This document shows, one piece after another, positions 39,804 through 50,148 of a stretch of DNA of 64,000 bases (the first letter of the stretch is position 1; every line of letters starts with the position of its first letter). The stretch lies in NCBI GenBank assembly GCA_038867615.1, contig JAWBYA010000002.1:352001-416000 (forward strand). Reading direction: 5' to 3'. Below the pieces are notes generated by a model, which was not told the DNA's origin, made no database searches, and saw nothing but the letters and a program-made list of their open reading frames with translations. A program made the translations under genes and the position numbers. The DNA comes from Sulfolobales archaeon (GTDB taxonomy: Archaea; Thermoproteota; Thermoprotei_A; Sulfolobales; AG1).

Positions 39804-40805
39804 CTATGGTAGAATCATTATCTTACCGTCTCTCTCACTAGAGAAGAGGTTTTTAAGAGCATCAACCCCGTTGTCTAGATCATAGCTTCTCCACACCTTC
39901 ACCCTGAGCTTCCTCTCCTCACCCATTCTAACGAGATCCAGCATCTCTCTTCTCGTACCACCCGTCGACCCTATTACCCTCAGTTGTTTTGAGAAAACCT
40001 CTCTTATCGAGATCCTGAGCTCATCGCCTGTTAGAGCACCAAATGTCACGACTCTTCCGTTGGTCCCCAAGAGTTTAATGCTCTTCGATATTGTCTGGGT
40101 TCCCTGAGGATCTATCACCACATCAGCCATAGAGCCACCCGAGATCCTCTCCACAGCTTTATACGCATTATCGAGATCAACAACCTCATCGGCACCAAAC
40201 TCCCTCAACCACTGCTTCCTAGTAACTGCAACAACTTTAGCCCCCATGATTTTAGCAAGCTGGACAGCGAAGATGCCGGTATTGCCTGAAGCACCAACCA
40301 CAACAACAACCTCTCCAGGTGATACCGAGGCTAGTCTGAGGGCGTGATACGCTGTTAAAGCCCCAATCGATAGACTTGCAGCAAGCTCCCACTCAATATT
40401 ATCACCCACTCTAAACACGTTCTTGGCAGGGACTACAGCATACTCAGCATAACCACCGTTGGAGACTATCCCTATAAGCCCTCCCCTTCTGCACAACATC
40501 TCCTGACCCGCGAGGCACATATCACACGAACCATCGAATAGCCTGCTGTAAACAGCAACTCTATCACCAGGCTTTACATCTCTAACATGGTCGCCAACAG
40601 CTTCCACGACCCCTGCAAACTCCGCCCCTGGAATATGCGGGATCGGTGTTACATTCCTTATACTCACTACAGTGGCATAGTCAACCGGATTAACACTCGC
40701 TGCCTTCACTCTTATTAGAACAGAGTGTGGATCTAGCTGGGGTTTCTCGACATCCATTACTTTTAGATTCTCTAACCCATTCTTATCAAAAACCAACGCC
40801 CTCAT
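39804..40805 (-). CDS. Zn-dependent alcohol dehydrogenase (MDR family)
   Basis: HIPGAEFAG, DGSCDMC..C structural Zn site, GGYAEY and GASGNTG. Confidence 0.92.
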   Translation of the reverse strand: MRALVFDKNGLENLKVMDVEKPQLDPHSVLIRVKAASVNPVDYATVVSIRNVTPIPHIPGAEFAGVVEAVGDHVRDVKPGDRVAVYSRLFDGSCDMCLAGQEMLCRRGGLIGIVSNGGYAEYAVVPAKNVFRVGDNIEWELAASLSIGALTAYHALRLASVSPGEVVVVVGASGNTGIFAVQLAKIMGAKVVAVTRKQWLREFGADEVVDLDNAYKAVERISGGSMADVVIDPQGTQTISKSIKLLGTNGRVVTFGALTGDELRISIREVFSKQLRVIGSTGGTRREMLDLVRMGEERKLRVKVWRSYDLDNGVDALKNLFSSERDGKIMILP

Positions 40806-40853
40806 TGTAAAACCCTCTATATATCGTCTCTTGAGAAAAATAAATATAGTCTC

Positions 40854-41270
40854 CTATTTACCTGACGAGATGAGCTCTATGATCGTTGATAGCAGCTTCT
40901 CCGACGCCGATACCCTCTTCTCGAGGCTATATATGCTCCTATTAATGCTCTGCATATACTGGGACTCAACGCTCCTCTTAAGATCCTCTACTTCTCTGTT
41001 GATATTGTTGAGAACAACCTGGTAGGCGTCTACTAAGCTTCTAAGCCTTTTGAGATCCTGAGAAATAGCCTTATACCTCGCATCTAGATCATGTGTTAAC
41101 ATATAACCCAGTACCAAGAACGGTACAAGGATCGATATATAGAGAGATACAAGCGATCTAGGATCGTTGAAAACCACGCCTATAGATGGGATCCCCAGGA
41201 ATTCCCACGAGATATATAGCATGGCAATGGCTGAGAACGACGCTACAAGTGATGAGACAAGCCACCTCAT
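40854..41270 (-). CDS. Two-TM membrane protein with C-terminal coiled coil
   Basis: Two hydrophobic segments followed by a heptad-rich tail; ATG after GGTGAGGAG. Confidence 0.65.
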   Translation of the reverse strand: MRWLVSSLVASFSAIAMLYISWEFLGIPSIGVVFNDPRSLVSLYISILVPFLVLGYMLTHDLDARYKAISQDLKRLRSLVDAYQVVLNNINREVEDLKRSVESQYMQSINRSIYSLEKRVSASEKLLSTIIELISSGK

Positions 41271-41492
41271 CTCCTCACCAGTACCGCAGTATCCCAAAGG
41301 CTAATAAGGGTTAGGGCTCAAAACCACATATCCCTACTCTCTATAGATTCAAACTCACCGACATAGAGATATAGTTTTAACATCTATTTCACACACAGAT
41401 CTCCTAGCCCTCCAGATCACTCTAGCCCAGAGCATCCGGCCGAACGTTTAAAATATTAAAAGTTAAATCGCCACAAGCGCTATTAACAAACG

Positions 41493-41544
41493 ATGATGAG
41501 TGTAGCCCGCAATTACGAGCGATGAGTAAACTTGATCCCACTGA
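41493..41544 (+). ncRNA. Box C/D methylation-guide sRNA
   Basis: ATGATGA(C)-GTGTAGCCCGCAATT-ACGA(D')-GCGATGA(C')-GTAAACTTGATCCCA-CTGA(D), 52 nt; AT-rich TATA-like region upstream. Confidence 0.8.
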
Positions 41545-42024
41545 ACCTATTTCTAAGTTGTTTCGCCTCCAAAATAGCCCTTCAAAGTTTATTTGATATT
41601 AATAAGAACAAATACCTAAGCAAACCAGAGCTTATCTTTGCGGAAGCCTTTACCATCAGGATACCTATAGGCTAGGCAGAAGTTACTAAATACGAGAGAG
41701 CATCAATACACATAAATAAACAGCGGATAAACGATAGTAGATCCACTTTCTGCACAGCTAAAAGCTTCCCTCACAACAGTTAGCTAGAGGCATTCTATGA
41801 AGGAAAAGCAATCGAAATCAAAAATAACAACAATGAAACACAGACTTCCAGATGCACCTAGCTAACCGATATTTATGTGATGACCACGCCTATTTTATAT
41901 AGCTCCTTGCCTTTAATAGTATGAAAAGTGTGACTGAGATGGGATGGTCTCATCTGTTCGAGATCTATGGTGACTGCCGGCTCTTCATAACGAACTCCGA
42001 CACTAGCCACGGGGGTGTTAATGG

Positions 42025-42918
42025 GTGGAGGAAGCCATCTATGCTGAGCTTGATAGGCTGAGAGAGGATCTCAGGATTCTTATGGAGAGGAGAGATAAAG
42101 CTGGAGAGAGTTTTTTAAAACTGGTTGAGGAGAGAAGGAGACTCATATCAGAGATCAGGGAACTAAGAGGGAGTCTAAGAGAGGTTAGAGAAAGCAAAGC
42201 CAGGCTTATAGAGATGGTTAGAGATCTCAGGGAAAGACTTAAACAGGCTAGGGAGAAGCTGAGAAACAGTGTCGCCAGGCTTGAAGAGATTAGGAGAACA
42301 TACCCGGATCTTGAGAGGATAGCAGGGGTCTCTATATCTTCCCTTAAGAGGAGAATAGATTCTCTTGAATGGAAGATCATAACAGGACAGGTAGATCCTG
42401 AAGAAGAGGAGGAGATCATTAGACAGGTAATGAGGCTTGAAACACAGCTTGACAAGATCTTGAAGGCTAAGAATGTTAAAAACATGGTCACCGAGATAAG
42501 GGCTGAGATAGCATCCTCAAGGCTAGAGATAGACGATATAAGGAGATCCATCGCCGAGGTCTCACGCGGCATTAACGAGATCAAGAAAAAGGAGAGCGAG
42601 CTTATAGAAGAGATAGGGAAGAGAAGTGCAAGAATAGATGAGATCTCAAAGGAGCTTGACAGGCTAGCCACAGATAGATCGAAAATCTCTGAAGAGATCA
42701 GGAGAAAGAGGGAAGAGATACAAGCGCTTAGAAGCAGGCTAAGAGAGATCAGGACAGGACAGGACAAAAAATCCAGGACTGAGCGGCTGGAGATCCTGAA
42801 AAAGAAGGCTGAAGAAAAGCTATCCTCTGGAGAGAGGTTAACATTCGAAGAGCTACAGGCGCTCTATGGAGGGCTAGACGGAGAGAGCAATGGTACGAGT
42901 GGTGGAGAAAACCCCTGA
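42025..42918 (+). CDS. Archaeal coiled-coil protein (COG1340-like)
   Basis: Long coiled coil with LEWKIIT...EEE and C-terminal KLSSGERLTFEELQ; overlaps the DUF373 gene. Confidence 0.8.
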   Translation: MEEAIYAELDRLREDLRILMERRDKAGESFLKLVEERRRLISEIRELRGSLREVRESKARLIEMVRDLRERLKQAREKLRNSVARLEEIRRTYPDLERIAGVSISSLKRRIDSLEWKIITGQVDPEEEEEIIRQVMRLETQLDKILKAKNVKNMVTEIRAEIASSRLEIDDIRRSIAEVSRGINEIKKKESELIEEIGKRSARIDEISKELDRLATDRSKISEEIRRKREEIQALRSRLREIRTGQDKKSRTERLEILKKKAEEKLSSGERLTFEELQALYGGLDGESNGTSGGENP

Positions 42919-44011
42919 AAAAATATTGATAGTCGTTATAGATTATGACGACGATCTAGGAAGGGCAGGGATAGATACCCCGGTAGTTGGTGTAAAGAGA
43001 GTATCCGAAACAGCTTTTAACTATGCCCTAGAGAGACCAGAAGATCCGGATGTAAATGCTCTCTTCACAGCTATAAAGATATATAGAGACATGGTGGATC
43101 AGGGATATAGGGTTGAGGTGGCAGCGATCTCAGGCGATCAGAGGGGAGGGTTGAAAGCTGTTGAGAGGATCAGGAGCCAGCTAATAGATGTGATCAATCT
43201 AACAGATTCTAAATCAGTTATAGTGGTATCAGACGGGGGCGAGGATGAGAAGGTTATCCCCGTAATAGAATCCATAGTACCGATCTTCTATGTCAAGACA
43301 GTTGTTATAGAGCAGGCAAGGGCTGTTGAGCAAACCTATATTCTTATCTGGAGATATGTTAAAAAAGTACTCAGCGAGCCAAGACTCTCGAGGCTCGTTA
43401 TAGGATACCCAGGACTTCTTCTTATACTCGTAGGCCTCATGCTTTTCTTCGATCTGCTCCAACAAGCGTTAATGGTATCGCTGATCTTCCTCGGCATCGT
43501 AATGATAATCAAGGGCTTTAACCTAGAGGATTCTTTGATAAACATGTGGAAGAGAAATCCCAGCGGAACCATACTAGCCGCGGTGGGGGCTATCGTTATG
43601 GGCATAGCTATAATGCTTACATGGTTCAGCCTGGCCCAGGCCTTGCAACACCCCCAGAGGGATTTCAAGATCGTTGGTAATATTCTTGAAAATGTCTCAT
43701 GGCTATACGGCCTATCAATATCAGTCCTTCTCCTAGGACCCTTGATAAAAAGAATCCTCTCCAGATCTATTAGGGCGTGGAGATATGCAGTCATCTTAAC
43801 AATGGTTGCTATGTTCACATTACTACTAAGAGACATAGGATTAGTGCTCCTCTCACTCCCTGACACGGCCACTGCTAGGGATATCGTTGATGCTATGTGG
43901 AGCAGCAACACATTCCAGGGGCTTATAACAATAGTTGTGACAGTAATAATAGCGTCCTCCTTGCTCCAACTCGTAGAGGTCACAATAACCAGGAGGAGAA
44001 AAAGCAAATAA
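42890..44011 (+). CDS. DUF373 family membrane protein
   Basis: IDYDDDLGR, PEDPDVN, VSDG.EDE and VVIEQ motifs followed by multiple TMs. Confidence 0.88.
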   Translation: MVRVVEKTPEKILIVVIDYDDDLGRAGIDTPVVGVKRVSETAFNYALERPEDPDVNALFTAIKIYRDMVDQGYRVEVAAISGDQRGGLKAVERIRSQLIDVINLTDSKSVIVVSDGGEDEKVIPVIESIVPIFYVKTVVIEQARAVEQTYILIWRYVKKVLSEPRLSRLVIGYPGLLLILVGLMLFFDLLQQALMVSLIFLGIVMIIKGFNLEDSLINMWKRNPSGTILAAVGAIVMGIAIMLTWFSLAQALQHPQRDFKIVGNILENVSWLYGLSISVLLLGPLIKRILSRSIRAWRYAVILTMVAMFTLLLRDIGLVLLSLPDTATARDIVDAMWSSNTFQGLITIVVTVIIASSLLQLVEVTITRRRKSK

Positions 44012-44252
44012 CCAATGATAATAGGTTACAGAGCTTCCACATGTTTATCTGGGCGATTTAAGTACCGATCAGCAAGAGTCCCCGCTATAAATGATAACTA
44101 AAACTGTTAGAGAAACAGGATCAGGCTATCATCGAAATTCATTATCGGATAGAACTAGAACCAGGTATACTGCACAATTACCATTCCTTTGTATCTTTAT
44201 CGAGCATAGCGATGGTATTCTGCTAAAAGCAGGAGGTTTCTAAGCTTTAGGT

Positions 44253-45125
44253 TTAGCATGGGCTTTCGTGTGCGGCAAGGGATTTTGGAGCTTTCAAGCC
44301 TTTTCCAGCTATAGCTAATGCTATTATTGCTGATATGTACGGCATTGCTAGGGCTAGCTGATACGGGATCTGGATCAGGCCTGAGGCCTGCATTCTTAAT
44401 TGAACAGCATCGAGAAAACTGAATGCTAGTATAGCTGGTAAGAGCTTCATAGGATTCCAGCCAGAGAGTATTACGAGAACTACGGCTAGATAGCCCCGCC
44501 CAGCCGTCATGTTATCCATATAAAGCCCTGAGAACCCTATGCTTAAAAGAGCTCCTGAGAACCCTGCAAACCCGCCCTCGATGAGCAGTAAATAGAGCCT
44601 GAGCCTCGAGACTCTAATTCCTAGCCTACATGCCCTCTCAGGATCCTCTCCAGACGCTCTTATCAAGATACCAAGCCCGGATCTATGTAGAAGGAGCCAT
44701 ATAGCTAGGGGCATTGCAAAAGTGGCAATGGAGAAGAAACCAAGATCCCCTAGAGTAGTGGTAAGCTGAGGAGGCTTCCCAGCACCTATGAAGAGCCTAT
44801 AGAGATACGCTGTAAGCCCTATGGTTACTATGCTTATTGAGAGCCCGGAGACCATCTGATCAAGTCTCATATTGATTGCAAGTATAGCCAAGACCCCAGA
44901 GATTATGATGCCAGAGAGAACCCCTAGGAGAACTCCGATGAGAGGGTTACCGCTATACAGAGTCGCTAGATAGGCTGAGAATGCGCCGAAAAGCATAGCG
45001 CCCTCAATAGCTAAGTTGATCATACCGCTCCTCTGGACTAAAAGCTCTATCGATGCTACCAAGAGTAATGGGGCTGCTATCACTATTGTGCTGCTTAGGA
45101 GCCCTGCCAATAGCCCTTGTTCCAT
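44253..45125 (-). CDS. Nucleoside-type ABC transporter permease
   Basis: RSGMINLAIEG, RASGEDP, MTAGRGY and LAMPY motifs. Confidence 0.9.
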   Translation of the reverse strand: MEQGLLAGLLSSTIVIAAPLLLVASIELLVQRSGMINLAIEGAMLFGAFSAYLATLYSGNPLIGVLLGVLSGIIISGVLAILAINMRLDQMVSGLSISIVTIGLTAYLYRLFIGAGKPPQLTTTLGDLGFFSIATFAMPLAIWLLLHRSGLGILIRASGEDPERACRLGIRVSRLRLYLLLIEGGFAGFSGALLSIGFSGLYMDNMTAGRGYLAVVLVILSGWNPMKLLPAILAFSFLDAVQLRMQASGLIQIPYQLALAMPYISAIIALAIAGKGLKAPKSLAAHESPC

Positions 45126-45129
45126 AAGA

Positions 45130-46206
45130 TCAGCCCCTGATCTTGATGATAATTAATGCCATGATTAGAAGAAAACCTTGAAGTATATACATCATGCCAG
45201 AAGGTATGCCTGTAATCATCTGGGCAACAGTAACACCGTTGGTGACACCCCCAAGACCTATGGAGGCTATTAGGAGCATAGGGGCACTAGGCCCTGAAAC
45301 CATAGCCACAGGAATTGCTAGATAGCCATATCCCTGGGATATTGTTGGAAGAGCTCTATGATGGACTCCCAGCACCTCAAGCGAGCCTGCAACGCCTGCC
45401 ATGAATCCGCTGAAGATCATTGATAGGATCACTATGAGACCTGAGTTGAGCTTGAAGTATCTTGCTTGAACCTCACCGGCACCAATAATCCTGAGCCTTA
45501 GTCCAATGAGACTCCTCCCAAATAATATGTGGATTGCTAAGGGTAAGAGTGCGAGAGAGATCAGTATCCCAGCATGAATCCTTGTCCCAGGAAAGAGAGG
45601 ATCTAGCCATAGATCCCTTCCAACGAGATCAGTCTCAGGGAAAAGAGAAGCTTTACTCTTAAGGGGACCGTTAAGCAGGTAGCTAGCCATATATATAGCT
45701 ATATAGTTCATCATGAGTGTCGTGAGCACCTCATTAGATCCTCTATAGACTCTCAGAAGCCCTGGTATTAGAGCCCAAACAAGACCGCATAGACCCCCAA
45801 ATAATACTGCTATAAGAATCCCAAAAGATCCCCAACCTGATAGATGAATACCTATCCATGCAGTGCCAATAGCGCCAAAGATCAACTGGCCTTCAGAGCC
45901 TATATTCCAGACTTTGGCCATATAGGGGATGGCGAGACCCGATGCTATAATCAGGATTGGAGAGGCTCTTAAAAGAGTCTCAGGAATCTGTTGCGGTGAG
46001 AAGCCTCCCCAGAGGATCCAGTACAGCACGTTAAGAGGATTGGCGCCTGTTATTAACGCTAATAACCCTACAATAGCAGCCAAGATTATTAAGAAAAGGA
46101 GTGCTAGGAGAAAATTGTTGAGCATACTGTGTAATTTGATCCTCTTGGTTGATCTTAACAATATAGTTTCCCCACTGCTAGATCCCCTGTACCTGGCTCT
46201 TTTCAA
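45130..46206 (-). CDS. Nucleoside-type ABC transporter permease
   Basis: WNIGSEGQ, NEVLTTLMMNY and GYGY motifs. Confidence 0.9.
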   Translation of the reverse strand: MKRARYRGSSSGETILLRSTKRIKLHSMLNNFLLALLFLIILAAIVGLLALITGANPLNVLYWILWGGFSPQQIPETLLRASPILIIASGLAIPYMAKVWNIGSEGQLIFGAIGTAWIGIHLSGWGSFGILIAVLFGGLCGLVWALIPGLLRVYRGSNEVLTTLMMNYIAIYMASYLLNGPLKSKASLFPETDLVGRDLWLDPLFPGTRIHAGILISLALLPLAIHILFGRSLIGLRLRIIGAGEVQARYFKLNSGLIVILSMIFSGFMAGVAGSLEVLGVHHRALPTISQGYGYLAIPVAMVSGPSAPMLLIASIGLGGVTNGVTVAQMITGIPSGMMYILQGFLLIMALIIIKIRG

Positions 46207-47650
46207 GCCCCACTAAAGCCCCCTCTCTCAAGAAAAATACCCTGCACCTCAGCTCCTTTAGATCCTCTGGGTCGCTTGTAATTATCACAACAGCTGAGCC
46301 CCTCATAGCTAGATCCTTTATTAATTCTTTGAGCAACTCTATAGAGCTTATATCCAGATTGGCTAATGGCTCCTCAAATATTATGAGATCTGGTTTTCTA
46401 AGTGCTTCTCTCCAGATCACAAGCCTTCTAGCATTGCCTCCCGAGAGGCTTCTCATAGAACTCCAGATCGATGGTACCTTGATGCTCGACTCTCTTATCA
46501 AGGACTCAGCATATGATCTAAGATCCTTGTGACTTATGAGCACATCCCCGATCCTTAAGGGTTTTTCAAGCAATCTCCTCATAGACGCATTAATAGCTAT
46601 GCTCATGCTCATAACAGAACCACGCTCAGTATCGCTTGGTACATAGCTGATCCGAGATCCCGGTTTAACCCAGATCTCTCCAGATAGCGGGCTTCTAATA
46701 CCATATATGGTCTCAGCGATCTCCCTAACACCCCTACCATCAAGCGATACTATAGCCACAACCTCTCTCCTAGAAACTTTGAAGCTAGCGCCTCTCATCA
46801 CATAGATACCTCTATCATCAATCACCGTGAGATCCTTCGCACTAAGTATCTCTTCACCATTACCAATAGAAGAATCAGTGATCCCTGCTACAGATCCTTG
46901 TCCATCATTGTTAATGACATGCGGAAAGAATTCTTCGAAGCACTCTCCGCACGACCCAACTTCAGCAACCTTTAACCCTCTCTTGAGTATTGTGAACCTA
47001 TCGCCAAAGCCTATTACCTCTCTGATCTTGTGGTTTGTCATAACTACTGCCTTCCCATCCATAGAGACCTTTCTAAGGATTCTTAGGATCTCCTTGGAGA
47101 TCTCGGGGCTTAAGAGAGAGGTAGGCTCGTCGAGAAGGATAACCCTCCTCCCAACAGCCACAGCTATTAGAACCTCGAGAAGCTGCCTCTCACTAGGAGA
47201 CAGGTTTGACACCTTTACACTAGGATCTATCTCCCTAAGCCCCATCTTACCCAACGTATTTTCGACATTCTTAAGAATCCCTCGAGGATTCATTCTACAA
47301 GATCTCGAGATGATCGATATATTCTCCTCTACAGTTAGTTCTCCTATCAATGATGAACCCTGGTAGGCCATAGATATGCCTTTCTCCAGCGCTACTCTGG
47401 GCGATTTGAGAAATACCTTCTCACCATCAATCCTGATCTCCCCGGCTGTTGGTCTCATATACCCGCTTAGTATTTTGAGAAGCGTTGTCTTCCCAGCCCC
47501 ATTCTCGCCAAGGATCACATGGATTTCTCCTTCGTATATCGAGAGATCCACGCCAGATAATGCTGTATAGCCTCCCGGATAGACCGCCCAGATATCTCTG
47601 GCTTCTATTATGGGCGCCTTAGCCTCGCTCATATAGATCCCTAGCTCCAC
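46178..47650 (-). CDS. Tandem-domain ABC ATPase (CUT2/NupA type)
   Basis: GENGAGKT, LLDEPT and LSGGN motifs; two NBD halves. Confidence 0.92.
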   Translation of the reverse strand: MELGIYMSEAKAPIIEARDIWAVYPGGYTALSGVDLSIYEGEIHVILGENGAGKTTLLKILSGYMRPTAGEIRIDGEKVFLKSPRVALEKGISMAYQGSSLIGELTVEENISIISRSCRMNPRGILKNVENTLGKMGLREIDPSVKVSNLSPSERQLLEVLIAVAVGRRVILLDEPTSLLSPEISKEILRILRKVSMDGKAVVMTNHKIREVIGFGDRFTILKRGLKVAEVGSCGECFEEFFPHVINNDGQGSVAGITDSSIGNGEEILSAKDLTVIDDRGIYVMRGASFKVSRREVVAIVSLDGRGVREIAETIYGIRSPLSGEIWVKPGSRISYVPSDTERGSVMSMSIAINASMRRLLEKPLRIGDVLISHKDLRSYAESLIRESSIKVPSIWSSMRSLSGGNARRLVIWREALRKPDLIIFEEPLANLDISSIELLKELIKDLAMRGSAVVIITSDPEDLKELRCRVFFLREGALVGLEKSQVQGI

Positions 47651-48708
47651 CTAGAATCGTCCCAATTCTCCATAATAGGAACCTTGAGCACTCCTTCAAG
47701 TATATCCTTCTTAGCCCCCTCGACATGGTTAACTATCTCGGGAAACTCTCTGGCAAAACGGGTGTTCCACATGAGCTTAGCCCAACCCTCCTTCATGCCC
47801 CACTCAAGGATCCCGCTGGTCCATGACCCGTTCTTTCTCAGCTCAACGAGGTGTTTTATAAAGGGTCTCAGATCCCATACAATGCTGGCAACAAGGGTAT
47901 TTGGCGCTATATTACTGTAATCTATCACCGTTCCAAATGTATATATCACTCTACCCTGTTTATACATGTCTTCAGCAGCGTCTGTTGCGCCGTAGCTCTC
48001 TGAGTATATTATATCAGCCCCAAGATCTATAAGGGCTTTTGCAGCCTCCTTAGCCTTTACAGGATCATACCAGCTCTCTATAAAGACAGCTCTTATCTTC
48101 ACAGAGGGATTCACAGACTTTGCACCATATGCAAAGGCATTTATAAGCCTAACAACATCCGGAACCGGATAGCTTGCAACAACGCCTATGACATTGCTCT
48201 TGGTAAGCTTGCCAGCCGCTATACCCGCGAGATAAGCAGCTTCTTGGATCCAATAGTCGTATACAACAACATTAGACGGATACTGAATATTAGTGGGGCC
48301 CGAGCCTTGTGCAAAGAAGACATTGGGGAATTCTCTTGCAACCTTGATTGTTGTCTGGTAATACCCCCAACTGTGGGGTATTATTATGTCGTAGCCCGCT
48401 TGGATATACTGTCTTATAACCCTCTCAACGTCAGATTCGGAGACCCTCTCGACATAGCTATACTCGATTCCAAGGTTATCCCTAGCCCATTTCATCGCCT
48501 CATGCATAGCCTGGTTCCATGGCTCTTCAATTGGTGTCACATAAATCACAGCCACCCTTATCTTGCTTGGTTGCGCAGGTGTCTGGGTAGTATTAACCCC
48601 AACCGCGATACCCCCAGGGCTTTTTAATAAATAAACCGAGGCTATGGCACTTACAGCGATTATGATTACCACAATCAGAGCTAGGATCGATGTTCTCATG
48701 CTATCCAC
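47641..48708 (-). CDS. BMP family substrate-binding protein (purine nucleoside type)
   Basis: N-terminal anchor, YLAGIAAG.LTKS, INAF..GA..VNP and WYDP.KAKEAA. Confidence 0.9.
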   Translation of the reverse strand: MDSMRTSILALIVVIIIAVSAIASVYLLKSPGGIAVGVNTTQTPAQPSKIRVAVIYVTPIEEPWNQAMHEAMKWARDNLGIEYSYVERVSESDVERVIRQYIQAGYDIIIPHSWGYYQTTIKVAREFPNVFFAQGSGPTNIQYPSNVVVYDYWIQEAAYLAGIAAGKLTKSNVIGVVASYPVPDVVRLINAFAYGAKSVNPSVKIRAVFIESWYDPVKAKEAAKALIDLGADIIYSESYGATDAAEDMYKQGRVIYTFGTVIDYSNIAPNTLVASIVWDLRPFIKHLVELRKNGSWTSGILEWGMKEGWAKLMWNTRFAREFPEIVNHVEGAKKDILEGVLKVPIMENWDDSRWS

Positions 48709-49680
48709 CTACGCTGTACCAAAAGTTATTCCAAGCTCTCTAAGCCACATCCTATATGCTATTGACACTCTATCTGATCTTAAGTGAAGCTCTGCCTGGA
48801 GATCTAGAGGTAATAGCTCGGGTCTCTGGGACTCGACTACAGGAACATCTTGAGATACTATTTTGTCTTGGAACCTTCTGATCTCATCATCAGGGATCTC
48901 GTGTGCATAGTTCATCGCGATTATCATCCAACCAATGCTCTCAGTCTGTTCTACCGGAGTCACTGTATAGAATATAGAGAACCTCTTACCACCAGATTCC
49001 TTAGTAAAATATGCGACGAGAGGCCTTAGAACCATATAGGTATAGGTCTCCCACTTACCAACACCTGTACCGTCTGGATTTGGCTGCCAAACCCTTATAT
49101 CCTTTGCAATAATACCCTCCTCGCTCTTTATCACATCATAATCCGGAATCTCAGGTTTAGACGGATCCCCAAGAATCCCTGTGTGGACGAAGGGGAAATG
49201 GGCTACATCGAGGAAGTTCTCTATAGCTCTGGGACCGCTGCTTTTTATTCTATAAGGTCCGCAATAAATCTTTCTGAAAGAAGGATCCGACCACTCAGGA
49301 AACCGAGGTACTTCCCTGCTAGGATTCCCTAGCGAGACCCATATATACCCGTACTTTTCAACAGCCCTATACACACGAACCCTCGCCTTCTCAGGAGGTT
49401 TTTGATCCGGGTGTGCCGGTATCCTTACACATCTACCGCTTGTATCATACTCCCAACCGTGGTATGGGCATACGAGCTTGTCGTCACTTACCCATCCAAG
49501 CGAGAGCCTGGCACCTCTATGTATACAAAGATCTTGCCAAGCCATCGCATCCCCATTGCGAGATCTCCACACAACAAGATCTTCTCCAAGAACCCTAGCC
49601 CTGAGGATCCCACCTACAGGGAGATCGGAGGTTCTAGCCACAACAAACCAGTCATTGACGAGCACCGGATCCCGGATCAA
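48709..49680 (-). CDS. Rieske non-heme iron oxygenase alpha subunit (VanA/NdmA-like demethylase family)
   Basis: Rieske CIHRG...CPYHG; mononuclear Fe site ENFLDVAHFPFVH plus C-terminal QD..VVESQ.P. Confidence 0.92.
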   Translation of the reverse strand: MIRDPVLVNDWFVVARTSDLPVGGILRARVLGEDLVVWRSRNGDAMAWQDLCIHRGARLSLGWVSDDKLVCPYHGWEYDTSGRCVRIPAHPDQKPPEKARVRVYRAVEKYGYIWVSLGNPSREVPRFPEWSDPSFRKIYCGPYRIKSSGPRAIENFLDVAHFPFVHTGILGDPSKPEIPDYDVIKSEEGIIAKDIRVWQPNPDGTGVGKWETYTYMVLRPLVAYFTKESGGKRFSIFYTVTPVEQTESIGWMIIAMNYAHEIPDDEIRRFQDKIVSQDVPVVESQRPELLPLDLQAELHLRSDRVSIAYRMWLRELGITFGTA

Positions 49681-50025
49681 GTTTATCCCTCACTCAACAT
49701 TCATGTAAAAAGCTTATAAGCATAATACTTAGTTGAATCTTGTTTTTAAATAAAATATGTTAAAAATCAGTTATCCCTGATGCATGGAAACCGTGTCCAG
49801 AAATCATAGATCCTGCGACGAGAATTAGCCCCACAATAATCTATGAAAGATAGAAAGAGATACTGCTTTGAAGTGTTTAAATAACCTGGTGTTTTGGCCT
49901 CACAGACCATGATGCTAGATATTTCATGGTTTAAACACCCAGAAGAACCTCTCTATAACTCTGGGTAAGTCAAAAATATGCTCCAACTCATAAGAAAAAT
50001 ATTTCCCCGGTATAGAAATCTCTTT

Positions 50026-50120
50026 CTGTTGAGCTTAATAATATCCATGATTCAGCAGGTGATAAAGAAACTCTCCAGGCTTATCTCGTGATGTCTAAAC
50101 CCCTATACATACAACAATCA
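50026..50120 (+). mobile_element. Dispersed element, copy D (highly decayed)
   Basis: CTGTTGAGCT..CCATGATTCAGCAGGTGATAAAGA..AAACCCCTATAC resembles copies B and C. Confidence 0.35.
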
Positions 50121-50148
50121 ACAATAGTTAGTAAATAGCAAAATGTAG

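Noticed and set aside
41877-41937. GTGATGA ... CTGA as a third box C/D sRNA
   Set aside because: No recognisable D'/C' pair; the interior looks like an AT-rich promoter for the downstream gene.
41937-41955. Short hairpin AGATGGGA-TGG-TCTCATCT upstream of the coiled-coil gene
   Set aside because: An 8 bp stem with a 3 nt loop can arise by chance; no riboswitch or other motif support.
42039-44007. Long antisense ORFs (242 aa and 223 aa; similarly 15611..16327, 46827..47366, 55043..55621)
   Set aside because: Ser/Leu/Ile-rich shadows of well-supported genes on the opposite strand.
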